Positions 37,266 through 52,264 of a stretch of DNA of 64,000 bases are shown one piece after another. Position numbers and translations under genes: made by a program. This stretch comes from Bispira polyomma (lineage: Eukaryota): NCBI GenBank assembly GCA_965649765.1, contig OZ287751.1:100130001-100194000 (forward strand), in the 5' to 3' direction. The first letter of the stretch is position 1. Every line of letters begins with the position of its first letter. The notes below the pieces were generated by a model that made no database searches, was not told where the DNA came from, and saw nothing but the letters and a program-made list of their open reading frames with translations.

Positions 37266-40200
37266 GAATTCTTATTGAGTTAGACGATATCATTGTTTCT
37301 GTATATCTACCTTAATAGTGATAATGTATAATGCTGGTGCTAATTATAGACTCTGGGTTAAGCTGAAAAACTCAATTAGCACTCAGTGTATCCCACAAAA
37401 GCATATAGACAAGGCAACCTACACTGCCTCTTGTAGTCACTTTGATTGGTTCTCTTGATTGCTCCCTTCCTTCTAAATCCATTAACACCATATTTCTATT
37501 AACTGTTTCTACTGGAGCACAATCCTCCTCCCCCCCCCCCCCCCCCCCCCATATTAGTGAGTGAACTACAACCAATGGGATATTTTCATTAATTAACTTA
37601 ATCACACACATAAAGGTGTGTTTTTCGTTTTAGAACTTGTTACCTATTTTGCACTTCACAGGAGCTAAGGGGCAAAACACAACTTGTATTGCTTCTTGTA
37701 ATTAACTAGGCTCCATTTGAGTGGCAGCTGTAGACAGTTTAAACAAATATATCCTTACCAGGTAATCTTGACGTGGATCAGAGCTACTAAATGGTAAACA
37801 TGCCCTGATACTGTTTGAACATGTATTCTAATAACAAAGCAGTAACATGAAGACTTCATATCTAATCAAAAATGCAAACATCTATGTATAAGTACATGTA
37901 TGAATCCCTTTCAATGGCAACTTAAACAAAATGCACTACTTATGTTGAATGCGTATCTATAATGTTATTCCATCTCATCAAACAAGCAATTAGATATGAA
38001 TGCCAATGTCTGCTAAATATCTCCCCAAAGCTCCGATAATGTCACATACCATGGATTTACTTCAAAACTTCTGTAAGAAACATCAATGTAACTGCATTAA
38101 ACTATTTCATTTGTTTCTTGCTGCCGAGTTGGTTAAAAAGTGGTTGGTACAGCTTGGTTGGACTAGTATGGAGTTGGTGGTGCTAAAGTTTACTCTAGTG
38201 ATGAGTTCACCTACATATATTCTTACTAACAGCTGACATTGTAGAAGTTTTTGCTACCATAGAAATTACTTATCGTCAAACATCGTATTATCGATCACTT
38301 CATATTATTAATCAGAAACAAAATATCAGTTCATATAGCATTTCAACAGTACAACTTTACTTATCTTCCACAAAATTTAAGAAAATATAAGGTCAAAACA
38401 ACTACTAAATTGTTAAAATACAGTTTTTTCATTTTTTCACTTTCGTGATCAATAATTGAATGCGCAAGTATATAAAAAACTTTTCTGAAGCTTTTTTGCC
38501 ATAGAAACTACTTACAAATAAACTTTAGTGAAGCTTTTTGGGTCATAGTAATTTACTTACAGATAACTTGGTGGAGGTTTTTTCATCCAACCTCTCATCC
38601 TCTTCCTCTTCTATCAGAGGTTCCAACATTGGATTCAGTTAGTAACACTTTAAGTCTGGTATTCTCCTTAATATGTCTGAGCCTTTAGTTCGTTGTGTTT
38701 TAATATCCTTGTGAATTGGTTCATTTGCTTTTTTATTTTTTGTTTTTATTTCTGAATCCTTATGTTTTTTTATATTCTCGTGGTGATTAATAATACATAC
38801 ATTATTGTTTTATAATATAGAAATTGTGTGTTCCTTCAAAATAATCAGTATCTAGATGATTCCTTGCATTAATATATATGTATACCATATTTAAATAGAA
38901 AATAAACATAGATATTTCACAATATATGTTCACATCTGCATTTTATACATGCAGTGCATTTTTTAACTCCATACACTAAAATTGTAAAACCATATCAATA
39001 TGCAACTCTTTTTTACTGCAAGTATTTAAACTTGCATATTTCCTAAAATCCCTTTTTCAACAAAAACCCTGTGTTACTATTCTATCCCCACAGAACAGAT
39101 TTAATTCTATTTGCAGTCCTCTGTCTTTTTCTACATGACATCCGAAAGCTTCCCCACTTTTCACCACCAAGCCATTTAAGCCCATTAAATGGCCAGGTCC
39201 TATATTCCAGCAGGGCAAACTGAATAAACAGAAGAAACTTCAATCCAATCACTCTGAATATATAGCCATCCTAGTTAGATTGTGTAGTGTGTTTGTTTGT
39301 TTTGTTTTTTTTTTCGTGGGTGATAATCAACATGTCACGTCTGATGGGATTTTCAAAAAAGAAATAGAACTCTACTGCGTCACTTCCTCTACCTGTAATG
39401 ACCTCATGTGACACTTCACTAATACAAGTGCCTATGTACTGGTGTCTTTTCCTCATCCACTGTAAGCCCTGCCTCCCTGTATATCAATTAAACCAGACTA
39501 ATTAGCTTATTTCGCAGAAAACCTATCAGTGCCTTCTCATGTGAATTTGGCAATTAAAACAAATTTTTCTTTAGGCTTTACTATTTTTTTGTTTAGTTAG
39601 TTCACCATTGTTTAGTTGACGTATTTGGAGAGTCTAATTGACTGTTCGAAAAAATCGACTAATAATTAAAATATCCTTATAACTTTTCTCTTCTTCTCTT
39701 TGTTAAGCATTTTTCTGACAGTGATCATTTTTCACACCCCATTAAAAAATAATCAAGCAACCAGATTATTACATCTTTCCCACACACTTCATTCCATCAT
39801 GTGCTCTTTCCACTTAGTTTACTTCAGTTTATATATTTGACTTGCAAAATCATTTGTTTCTTTATTATGTCTTCCTCTGCAGCCCATTATAGTGATGATA
39901 TACACACACTACACCTCAATGTAAATCAATGTATACAAAGACTAGCAGTATCTATTTAGCAAAACAAACATAAGCCCTCTTTCAAACTGTGCCATATATA
40001 CCAACATCGACTGAATCTATGTACACACACCAAAAACCATTAAATCCCAAACTTTCCAGCTGTTGTTTTTTTCATTGCCACAGCTTTAAATTTAATTATG
40101 TAAATACTCTCATCCTCTGTCTGATCCAACTAGTTTTAAACTTACACACACATACACACATGTAGATATACCAGGGGTGAGACTCTTTCCCATCTGATAT

Positions 40201-43200
40201 ATTGATATATCCTCAAACTTGTCACCATTCCAACTACTCCTACTCACACAACCACTAATACCAACCAAATACTCATACTACAAAAAACACTCAAGGGCAC
40301 AAAAAGTCCCCCCTCCTCCCCCTTCTCACATGTTTCCACAAAAAACAGTGCCATATATTTTTCCAGCTGCTTGACAACATAACCTTTTCTTACCGTCCCC
40401 CATCCCCTCCTCTGTCTCTCAACAATCACCCTCACCCCCTCCAGCCAATAACTATAAACTACCAGCTCCCCTCATCCTCCCACATCCTATCCCCCGTGCA
40501 AGCAATTGTTCCAACTACCTATGACATTGTCTCTGAGAAATATATACTGACATCTGGGAATTCAGTCCCATGTTTTTCACCATATCCATTATAACTATTT
40601 CCTTAATATAAGTACTGGCTGCAAGTGAAAATTTAAATTTATTTTCACTTGGAGGTTTTAAGTTGGCTATTCTATGAGCTCTTTTTTAAAAGTGCAACTT
40701 TTTTTTATTCTCTTAAGTAAAAAAACACACATAGCAATAAGTTAATAAATTAATTTCACTGAATTGCATTCAACATGAGAATTTATTTGATTAACTTATA
40801 TTTCAGGTAAGTACTCTCAGTTGAGCAATATTAATAATAACCTACATCTATCTATCTCTTCAGTTGATGAAGTATACGCCAAAACGTCTCTGAACCCCTT
40901 ACGAATATTTCAAAGTCCCTATTAATACTTTAATGTAAGAGTGTGTCCCAGATGACGTCATAGGGAATGTATTACCTCCTCAAAGTTATTTCGATATTTA
41001 CCCATATAACATATATCCTTCCCTTAACCTCCTCCCCCCTCTCTCTATATGCAACACCACTTGACCAGGTTTATTATAAATAGACTTCCCATTTTGACTC
41101 CCCAATGAGGACTCAATCATTCTATTCAATTAGCAGATCATATTCCAGAAAACCTTGTGAATACATGACTTTAACCTAGCCATTTAAGGCTATCTTTAGT
41201 TGAACTTGAATTTAGTGTGGTTTTTTATGTGGCTTTGAACAGCTTAGATCATATTGCAATGGTTTGATTAATGGTGGAAAAAACAAATGCTGAAGCCACT
41301 GTAAGTGACCAGCCTAAAGCAAGTACCTGACAAACTTTTCCCACATAAAGGAAGAAGTGGGATTCGAACCCACATTAATGAGAGGCAAGTGATTGTAAAG
41401 CAAATGCTTCTAACTACTAGGACACCACTGTGCCTTAAAGCTTTCTTTACAGACTTCTCGGTATTTCCGACAGGTTAAACTTCCACAAAAACAATGGACA
41501 AAACATGCAGCCTATGATTTGTGGGAAGAAATATAGGGGTTTGTGGGGACTTTTTGATCACTAAGGAATGACAGGTGCCCCAATTAGATATAGAATAACT
41601 GGCACTTAATGTCAGCATTGTAGTTTTTCAGCATGTACTATAGGTGTACAACTAGCATAAAACTGAACAGTTATACTTGCATTTATTAACACAAATCAGA
41701 AACAAAATGTGCATAACAACAATTAATTGTATTTGCAAAATATCTCCCTTGTTTTTTGTCATGAAAACATGAAAGTTAGTTCATGTGGCATACACTCTGG
41801 ATGCTCTGAATATATTGCCTAAAGAGATTATAAATCTTTCCATAACCTTAACTTAAGATCACCCATTAGGGCGTTCAACTGGGATGCTCAAAAGGTCTCA
41901 GCCAGCCACCCTTGTTAAATCATAGGGATTGCTATAAAATACAGTGTTTTGTCTCTACTTCTATCTATCGTTTTGGGTCTCGGGGATCAAATGTCACAAT
42001 CTACAGAGGAAAATCCCCATGAAAAATCCAAGGTCTACTGGTCTAGTAAAAAGTCTTTGCTGGTCTTAAATTAATCTATAGGCAAATCTTTAAGCACACC
42101 CCCTCGAAATATGTGGTTTAAGTTTAGAGAAACAGAGCTCAGATACTGATTTACTTCTTTACAAAGATTTTCTATTGGACTTAAAGTTGTTGTCTCTCAA
42201 CAGCCCTCCTACCTTGCTATTCATCTTTTCTTCAGTAACCTCAAGAAAGGAAAGACACTTTCCGTTTCCTCTGTTAAACCTACCAAGAGAGCTAGATCAA
42301 GAGCTTTCTGAAATGCTGCCCTTATGTTATGGTACAGTCTCCCAGTTGAGCTTAGATCACTAGAAACACTTCATCGGTTTGGGTGAAAACTTAAAACCTA
42401 TCTCTTCAAACTCTTCTCTCTGTGTACACCAGCCACATCCTTATGTCCTGGTCATGTTTTTGCACTTCTCAATTGGTCAATTGATTCTATTGATTTGCTT
42501 AATAAGATGCTTTGCATCAATAAGGCACGTTAAAAAAAAGCAAAATACAATACAATATACATAAAAGTAAATCCCTGACTATTTATGGACCAAAGGTGTC
42601 AACTGTTTGATGACAAATATTGGGTCCCAAGGATAGATGCATTTATAACCTTGTAATTTCAGTGTTGAGGCTCTTTAGAATCATGTCATGACCGAAAAAA
42701 ATCCGACATTCACTAACATCTGATCTCATCTACTGTATAGCAGACACCTAGAAGTGGCTACATTTTAAGTATGCTGATTAAACTAAATACATTGAAGCAT
42801 AGGCTAGGCCACTGCAACTACTTTAATGTCCTACTACTAATTTATTAATTACTTACAAATAACATATTAAGATCCTCAGGCAAATCAGAATTTGCACTAA
42901 AGACAGGAATAAAGGGTTAAACTATGCGAAAAACATATCCTAAGATCAACACCATAAAATAGGTCAGTTCGTTCAGGCGGGTGTGTCACTAAAGGTAGGA
43001 CTTTTATATTCTTCTGACCAGATAGACACTTGAAGCTCAGCTATCACCAAAGTGGCTTTTTTGTCCCAGAATAAATGTCTCTCTTAAAGACGGTTTAGCT
43101 TACAAGATCTGCCAGGAGACTTTTATAGGGTGATAAAATAACCCAACGAACTGCACACTGGTGACTTGCAAAAAGGGGGAGATAAGCCGAAGTAAAGAGA

Positions 43201-43403
43201 TAAGCATAGCCACTTGGCCATAGGTAATGTTAGGGGAGGGGGAGTAATTTGCCGTACTGTAAACATTTTTTTTTTTTTTTTTTTTTGGGGGGGGAGGGGG
43301 GAGAGGGGGAAGCAGTGGGTTTTTTTGTTTGTTTTTTTTTTGGGGGGGGATTGTTGGTCTATGAACAGTCTAATTTTTTGCAAAACAAAATTAAATAATT
43401 TGC

Positions 43404-45180
43404 ATGGTTATAGTTGAAAGATTTTGCCCAGCCACAACAGATAAAGTTAAAAACATAATTGCCAAAGCTCCCAACAAATCCTGTGAGTTGGATCCTTTTC
43501 CAACTTATACATTGAAGCAGTGCTTAGATCAGCTTCTACCATTGATAACTGCCATCATAAATAAGTCACTGGCTGAATCAAGGATACCACCAGCTTTTAA
43601 ACAGTCCATTGTATGACCTCTGCTAAAAAAAAACCTGGTCTAAACAAGGAAGAGCTCAAGAACTATCGTCCAGTTCCCAATTTACCTTTTGTGTCTAAGC
43701 TTGTAGAAAAAGTTGTAGCTAAACGCTTGGATAATCATTTAAACAAAAATAAGCTGCAAGACAGTCTACAATCAGCATATCGTCAACGCCACTCTACTGA
43801 GACTGCTTTGCTCAAAGTTCACCATAATATTGCAGAAGCTCTTGATCAAAATTCCATGGCTAGTTTGGTTATGCTGGATCTATCTGCGGCATTTGATGTT
43901 ATAGATCACAGTTTTCAGCAATCATTTGGAATAGGATCAAAGCCACTGGCATGGATAAACCCATATCTGAGTGACAGGGTGCAGAATATAACAATTGGTG
44001 ATAGTTTTTCTGCTGAAAAAAATTGTTTATTTAGAGTCCCTCAAGGATCTGTACTTGGTCCAAAGAAATATTGCATGTATACCAAACCTTTTCAAAAATT
44101 TTCAAGAAGCATAACCTCAAATATCATTGTTATGCTGATGATACACAGGTATATATAACCATAAAACCAGGTGATGGCTGGAGTAATGTTGCATCAAAAA
44201 TGGAAGAATGTGTTAGCGATATAAGTTCATGGATGTGTGGATCAAATGCTGAAACTTAATCAAGATAAAACTGAAGTGATAGTGTTTGCTCCCAAGCATC
44301 AAATCAAGAAAAATCCTGATCGGTACCTTGATATAGGATCAAGCAGGATACAGGCTGCTACATCAGTGAAAAACCTTGAAGTATTTTTTGACTGGGGCCT
44401 AACAATGGAAAAACACGTGAATGCCATGTCAAAGTCATGCTACTACCAGATTCAAAATATCGGTGAAATCCGGAAATATATAACAGAAGATGCCTGCAAA
44501 ACACTGGTGCAAGCATTGGTGATCTCTCGTCTGGATTATAGCAATGCATTAATCCATGGTATTCCCAAGTCACTCACCGGACGTCTTCAACTAATACAGA
44601 ATTGTGCTGCTCGCCTTGTAACACTTACACATAAATGGGATCACATCATACCAGTTCTCTACAACTTGTATTGGCTACCAGTACAGTATAGGCCACGGTA
44701 CAATATCTTACTCTGCACATATAAGGGACTAAAAGGACTGGCTCCTGCATACCTTAGTGATTTTGTTTAAAGATAACGACCATCACAATCCCTACGATCC
44801 CAAACAAAAAATCTGTTTTAACAAATCTGCAGTTGCATAATGAAATGATTTGCCAGAAAATGTCAAACTTGCTAAGACCGTAGGGTCCTTCAAGTCTCAA
44901 CTTAAAACGCATCTTTTTAAAACAGCTTATGAAATATATTAAAATGTCAAAATAACTTTGGAAAAACAAATTTTAGCTTTTTTTTCTTGCTAAAACCCCT
45001 AGCTGTAAGCAGGGTCGTTAAATTTTAATTTAGTACTGTTTTATCAAACATTATATATTTTTATTATACTGTATTATATAATTATTTTCACTCAATGTTA
45101 CATTGTAAAGCGCTTTAGAGCATTTCTATGAATGGATAAGGCGCTATATAAATGTGGTATATTATATTTTATTATTATTA
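43404..45180 (+). mobile_element. 5'-truncated, decayed L2/CR1-group LINE (RT, C-terminus, 3' UTR, (TTA)n tail)
   Basis: NYRPV.NLPFVSKLVEK, LDLSAAFD, PQGSVLGP, YADD, SRLDY, LYWLP; tail GTAAAGCGCTTTAGAG...AGGCGCTATATAAAT; several frameshifts. Confidence 0.92.
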
Positions 45181-46891
45181 AAAGACCGGTATTCCCAATT
45201 TCCCAAACACTCTTATTCTTTGAATAGTCTTAGTTTTAACCATTCAGATTGGTTCATACAGTTAAACCAGCACCAGCCAGTGATATTTCTTGAACCTGAA
45301 TCTTTGGTCGGCTTTTGGGCGTATTCTTAACACCTGATTGCGACATTGATGATATTGTTCCCAAAAAGGATGTGTAACAACACCATTTCCAATGGTTTTC
45401 GCCATAATCATCTGATTTATTACTGATAGTTCTCAAAACCTATCTCTTAAAAAAGCATCTTAAAGCCACACTCCTTGTCTGAACCCTTTTCACCCCAAGA
45501 GAAAACTATTGACAGTAACTAAAAGAAATTTTTCGGGTAATAGGTTACCGATAGCTGATGTCACTAAAACACACCCACAAACTACTTCTGGCATTCAATA
45601 ATGGCCTCACGTAAATAATTCAAATTTTTATTTTGTGAGGAACTGGGGGGAATATAAAAATATTAATTTGGGGGGTGTCAACTTCTTGCCGACAGACTTA
45701 AATGCTGGGAGCGACAAATGCTGAAATGTGTTGAAAGGGTAAAGCCTAATCTCACAATACTCCTGCTGTATGTTAAGATATCTAAAGGCTGACATGATGA
45801 TATTCGGTTCTCTTGTTGGTAGTTGTAACATATCTACATTAGTCCCATCAACAAGGACATCTTTGATGTGGTATTTCAGCTTTAGCTTTGATAACTACAG
45901 TCTCTACATTTTACCTCCCAGTTGAGCTTAGATCACAAGAAAACACCTTTTCGGTTTTAGGACAAACCTCAAGTTCCATCTTTTTGAACTTCCTTACCCA
46001 CCCTAGGTGCTTTTGTGGTCACACGCTACACTTTCCTTTAAGATTGGCTATAGGGTTTTCTCAGACTATCACTTCATTTATCGATTTTGATGTTGTTGTT
46101 TTAAAAGATGCCAATAATTGGTTATTGCAGATTGGTTAATGATTTCACGGCGCTGTCAGCATTTTATATCACATCACGGCGGGACAGTTCATTGGTGAAT
46201 GAAATCAGGACAGGATAAGTTGATCAAGCTTTTCGGCTCTGCAAACCACTGTTGCCTTAAGCAACTATAATTGCCAACTTCCTCATATACAGGACAAGGC
46301 TTGAGAGCCATATGACGTCAGAGGTAAGTGTGTCACCAGTGCAACCCCCCCCCCCCCCCACACACACACACACAAACCTAAAAAATCAAATATACAACAC
46401 TATACACATCTGTATTTGAATTGGTATATTTAACGTCCACTCTGGTACCTGTTTAGATTATATTGGGACGGGTAGTTGGAAACGCTGGAGGAAACACTGC
46501 ATACAGTTGATCAAGGTGCTGCACTGAAACCAGCGGCCCACAGTAAGGAACTACCACCTTTCCCACATAGGCATCGACGGAATTCGAACTCACGCCGCCC
46601 AGAGGTGAGAGACAAGTGATTGTGAAGCGCAATGCTTGCTAACCACTAGGCCACCACTGCCCCCTATACACATCTGTACAACACCACCCACCTGATAATA
46701 ATGGGCCACAGTGGCCTAGTGATTTGCAAAGCACATGTTTCAGAATCACTGGCCTCTCACCAATGTGTGTGTTCGAATCCAATTTGTTCCTTCTTGTGTG
46801 AAAGTTTGTCAAATACTTGATGTAGGCCTATGAACTAAACTTTAGAAAGTGCCGTAATAACCAGATCGAATTTTAAATTTTAAAAACCCAC

Positions 46892-47020
46892 CTGATAACT
46901 GATTTCCTTATGCTTTTCCTTTACTTCTTGTTCTCCTCGGTACAAGGAATCCAAAGAAAGGCCCAGTGTGGAACTGGCCTGAGTTTTCCATAGCCGTCGT
47001 CTCAGAGATGCTCGCGACAT
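46892..47020 (-). CDS. Host gene, predicted first coding exon (MSRASLRRRLWKTQASSTLGLSLDSLYRGEQEVKEKHKEISYQ), product unknown
   Basis: ATG at 47020, 43 open codons in a locally GC-richer patch, ending CAG|GTGGGT donor in phase 0, compatible with the phase-0 exon at 21047. Confidence 0.5.
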
Positions 47021-50000
47021 GATGCTCTCAGATATAATATATAACGTGTGTCAGTCGTGTGTCTATTATTATTAGTGACCAATCCGTCACAGAAAAGAAT
47101 TAGCATCTATTTTATTTGTCTTATGCGAAAAAATACTTTAAGTGCCTTGGCTCCTTTTAGTAACAACTTTTGTATCAGTGACTATTAATAATATTTTGCA
47201 ATTTGCAGCAAAATTCGCCAATAGAAGTCAAATAGCATGGCAAATGTTTAGATAGGCAGCATGAAAACTCAATATATAAACCACAGAACATGGTACTTAT
47301 GTATCCTAGATGTCCAACTACCCAGTGTTCTTTCCAAGCAGCTTTGGTCTAATGTTTGAGTCTGAGGCCCATATTCCCATGTGCAAGAAATTAACTAAAT
47401 AATACGGGCCCTCTATCCTTTTTGATTATGTGGTAATTCCAATCTCCTTTTCTAGACTCTCTCCTTGTAAATTTCCAAGTGTGTGTGTGTGTCTCCTGTG
47501 GCTCCGGGTTGGTGTTTTTTTCTCTGCCCTTGGGTGTTTAACCCTGGCATCAGGTACGTCAATTTAATGAGAAGAAAATAGCAAAGAATAAAACAGATCC
47601 TTCTGGCTGGGAGTAGCTGCAATTAGACTCCACACAATTACAAAGATGGATCTCACATTACCTCATTTTTTGTCTTATTCCTAATTTTCTTGACAAAAGA
47701 AGGATCTCACGTGCATGTATTGCTGATTTTATATTATTTATTACAGCAACCTAATCTATTTCTTCCATGAAAAAAGGACCAAAATGCCTTAATTCTTCCT
47801 TTCCTAACTGTAGCAGTCTAAATTGTCACATCAATCAATATATAAACACAGAAATGACACAACCACCCACCACTACCAAATACATTCTGAAACTCTTTAC
47901 AATAACATGAAAGCAATACAACCATGAACAGATGGAATATTCATAGCTCCATATGAGCCGCTGTCACATAACTTCCCATTTTGCCTTAATATAACCACAT
48001 CCACAACTAAATACGTCTTGTATCCTATTTTTTGGTTTTGGCCCTCCAGGCCTAATTTTTCTTTCAGGCTTGTTAAGGACTCATCAACAAAATGTTTTTG
48101 TTAACAAATTATTTTGCTGCCTATTTTTTGTCTTTTGGTCCTACTTATCTACCAAAACACCCTCCACCATTAATTACTATTAATAATTATTTTTGCACAA
48201 ATAGTATAACACATGTTAAGATAGGCAGATAAAAAACTATATAATATATAGTACTTATATATATCCTCAGATGCGAAAAGCGAAAATTAGCAAAAAAGTT
48301 TGATATCTATTCTGACAGTTCTGTCCAGGCAGATTTGAGGTTTTCTTGAAACTCTTCACCAAACCTTTTTTAAACAAATAATTTTGCTGCCAGTTTTCTG
48401 GCAGTGTGTCACTTATCTCCCTAAACACCACCCTCTATCTAGTTCCTCTCTCCATATATAGGGCTCCCTAGAACCATACACTCCCTTTTAACTGTTATGA
48501 TACCCCTAAGAGGGGGTTCTAATTAATAGCATTTCCCCCCTCCAATCCCACCTACTTTTTTATTAGGGTCACCCCCCCCCCCCCCCCCAATCCAACCCCC
48601 CACTCTAATGGTCCATATGAATGGCTTTTGCCATTTTGGGGGGGGCCGTAGTTAATTTAGCAATATCCCCCAACCCCTCCCCTTACCCCCCCCCCTCCAA
48701 TTTTCTCCTCTCTCCAATGGTCTTAGCCCAAAATCCGAGAGTAAATTTGTGGCAACACAATATGATATCTGATCTTATCATCTCTGAGGTTTTATTGCTC
48801 CTGTGGACTGTGGACAAACATCCAGATCAAACAATTCAGACTCAACTCAAAATAAAAGACTGTATGTATGAGTTAATGTCAAACGTTGTATAGCCTTTTT
48901 ATGTTTAACTAGAGCTTTTAGCTCTAGATCATATTCCAAATATGCCCTTAGATGAATGTGACTTACATTCATCCCTCTGGCCCAGAAATATATGGAGATC
49001 TTGAGATGATAAAGCCCTAAGTCTGAGTGGTAGAATTTTTATTGGAAGCATACTACCAAATAAGGGGTCCATATCAAAATTCTCACATAATGGAGAGATG
49101 TGGGTCCTGGTGGTAGGTAATAAAGATATAAAGTATATGCTCTTGTGGAGGGAGGGACTTGTATGTTAGCGAGAGAATGGGAGGCGGGAGAGAGTAACTA
49201 CAGGTTGGTTTATATTATAATTTATTATCCATTTGCCCATGAAATATGATGAACTGTATCACCGGGCACTGGGGTAGTTTTACTATTGTATACCTCAGTG
49301 AGAATTATACAGATTAAATTGTTATACAAATGATGAAAACTAATATATAATATGACATTATTTTTTAAGAATCATTTATATAGCATTCTATTGATATATT
49401 ATCCTCTAAGAGTCTCGTTCTATGAGAAGGGGGTATAGTCCTACAACATGGCCTCTGTCATCATCAGTGGGCGAGATAGCATGTTCAGATCTTGCTATGA
49501 GGATGTTAGCCCACCAATAATGAACTCAGCAAGCATTAGCCAAACTCAAACTTGAAGTCGAAGAGGTCCCTCGAATTACCGGACCAAGTCAGACCACAAA
49601 TGCATGGACATTCTGATCAGGTTTGAAAACTTTATATTGGAGTCTCTAAGAAATGAAAGTTCGTCTTTTTTATTGCATAAGTTTTAGTCATTAACAAAAG
49701 CTCTATGACCTATATTTAAAAGGTAATTGTGATTTATGAGTGTCACAGAAAGATCAGACCATTTTTTATAGAACAGAGGATGCATGTTTTATTGGCACTT
49801 GTAAATTGCCTAACAAAGCAACACCAAATCATTGCTAATAATGCTACTATGGAAACATTGAACAGCTTTTAGGCTTTATATCACACATTTGTACACATTC
49901 CAGGGAACTGCCTAATAAATTCCTTTGACACTTGTTTCACAGATTCCCAGCAATTATAAGTGAACAGCCATGAAAACCCATTAGTTGGGATTTTTTATCA

Positions 50001-51354
50001 GCAGGGGAATCACATGATGTCACACATCACGTGACAGATCTCGCAATAATAAGAGTACAGGTGTACATTAAAACTAAGAAGAGTGCTGCTATGAATACAC
50101 AATAGTATGCAACTGTAATAGAATACCCACCCCTTTCTGCTGTGAGGTGTCAAAAATTAACTAGTTAATTAGCTGATAATGATGACACACAGAGATGGTC
50201 AACATGCATTATATCACTCAAGCCTAGAAATGTCATTAAATTGGTAAACATAAATATAATTTGTTGTTGTGACATACACATCACAAAAGAATATTGATCC
50301 TATATATTGGCTTTGCCTGTTCTTTAAAAAGATGTTTACATCTGCACTGCTACACATAATCTTAAACCAGTACATGTTTAAGCTAAAAATGAGTTTATTT
50401 AATTGACATTTTATGTGAGTGACTGATTGATTGAATGTGTATCTGCTATATAAATTGACATGTCACCATAAAATTCACTTAATATTTTTGAATGAACTGA
50501 ACTATCCAACGAAGTCTTTTGCAAATTACAGTTTTTATTTTATACATTTTAAAGTCTTAGAAACAATTGTGTACCGTCTGTTTTTGTTTAAATATTTATA
50601 ACAACATTGCCAGCCACACTTTAAACTTACTGCATTATTTAATGAATCCAGATAAAACATCTGATGCTGATCTATTAAATTACAGGAACTACATTTTTAT
50701 GTCTCCGGCATACTAACACATCCCCCCGGAGCAAACCGTTCATTCATTACACACTGACGTCCACCGACAGATTCACTTTTGATTGCTGTCCAATTTGCCT
50801 CTATTTCATACATTTCCTCTGTGTCAGACACAGCTGTCAAACCTTGCCCTCCTTAGTACCCCCCCCCCCCCCACCCCCCTCACCATTACCTAGTTCTCCC
50901 CTCCTTTCATGGCTCTTTTCAGACCAAAAGCCAACATGGATAAAAAAAAAGTCCAGAGCTAAATTGCAGCAGTTGGTGGTCTGTTTGAAAGTCAAGTAAG
51001 TTACATTTACTCTGTCGAAAAATATTCTATATTCTACATCATAGGTTGGATTAACCCTCTCGTTATAGAGAAAAGGCAAGAGAAACATATATATTTACAG
51101 AAGTCTGGTGTTTCTCATTGTTATAGCACGCCTGAAAAAGTATTAACTAAAATGCATAGGCTGCTAGACTACAGCTAGGCTGGTATTTTGGTTTCATTGG
51201 TTTTATTGGTTTGGAGTTTGAACTAGTATAAATGGTTATCTCCATGGAAAAAAGTCTCAGTGACCCTCAGCTATCACCTTTTTTTCAGAGGAGATTGGTG
51301 AAAGTTTTTAACAAGAGGGCAGTGGTCACTGAATTGGCCACAAATCTCGGAGAC

Positions 51355-51750
51355 ATATGTGTCGACCTGTCTACCTAAAAGTAAAATAAACCAATATTAT
51401 CTGTTACCCTATAAGTTACAAAATATATATATATATCTGTCGATCTGTCTACCTATAACCTAAAAATCAATTCTCTATCTGTTGACCCGTTTACCAATAA
51501 CTTACCAAAAATATTATCTGTCAATCTGTCAACCTGTCTATCTAAAAGTAAAATTTAAAAAAATTATCTGTCGTAAAAATATTATCTGTCAATCTGTCCA
51601 CCTGTCTATCTAAAAGTAACATTTAAAAAAATTATCTATCAACTTATAACTTGAAAAAAAAAAATTGTCTGTCGACCTGACAACTAATAACTTAAAAAAA
51701 AATTATCTGTCTACCTATCGATTTGTCAAACTGTCTAAGTAAAAGTTAAA
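51355..51750. repeat. Degenerate tandem repeat (AAATTATCTGTCGACCTGTCTACC-like)
   Basis: Multiple diverged copies visible. Confidence 0.75.
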
Positions 51751-52264
51751 TTGAAAAAAATTGCCCAACTTGTTCATACAAAACATCTTATATTTTTCTC
51801 ACAGCTTTTACTTCATAAAATGATACATTACCCTAATTAAACAGTACTTTTATAAACGCCATTTTACTTCGTAGTTTGACAACTTTATTATATATATGTA
51901 ATATGTGTATAAGTGCAATATTTTGGTCACATTATTTCGCAGATCTCTCACTATAAACCGTTTAATATTGCTCACTTCCGGGTCGCGTTTTAGACGAAAC
52001 CTGGCCTTGTGTGTTAACTAAAACATAATCTAGCAAGGGAGGTAGTTTTGAAAGCGAGTACCCAAACAAAACGCTCCAAAATGTACAAATGTTCCTTTTT
52101 TTTGTCCACATTTGTAGAGTTGTATTTTATAATTGACATTAGTTTTCATTTGGACACAAAAAACAAAAATTAACATTTCTTTCAGCATATTTAGGACAGT
52201 TTTTGATAAGCCATATCTCGAGGTTGTAAAAATTAAGTTTTTTTCCAATTAAATTTTTTAAATT

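Noticed and set aside
41340-41430. tRNA gene (A/B boxes, GGTTCGAATCCC on the minus strand)
   Set aside because: No complete cloverleaf; it is the head of a multicopy SINE.
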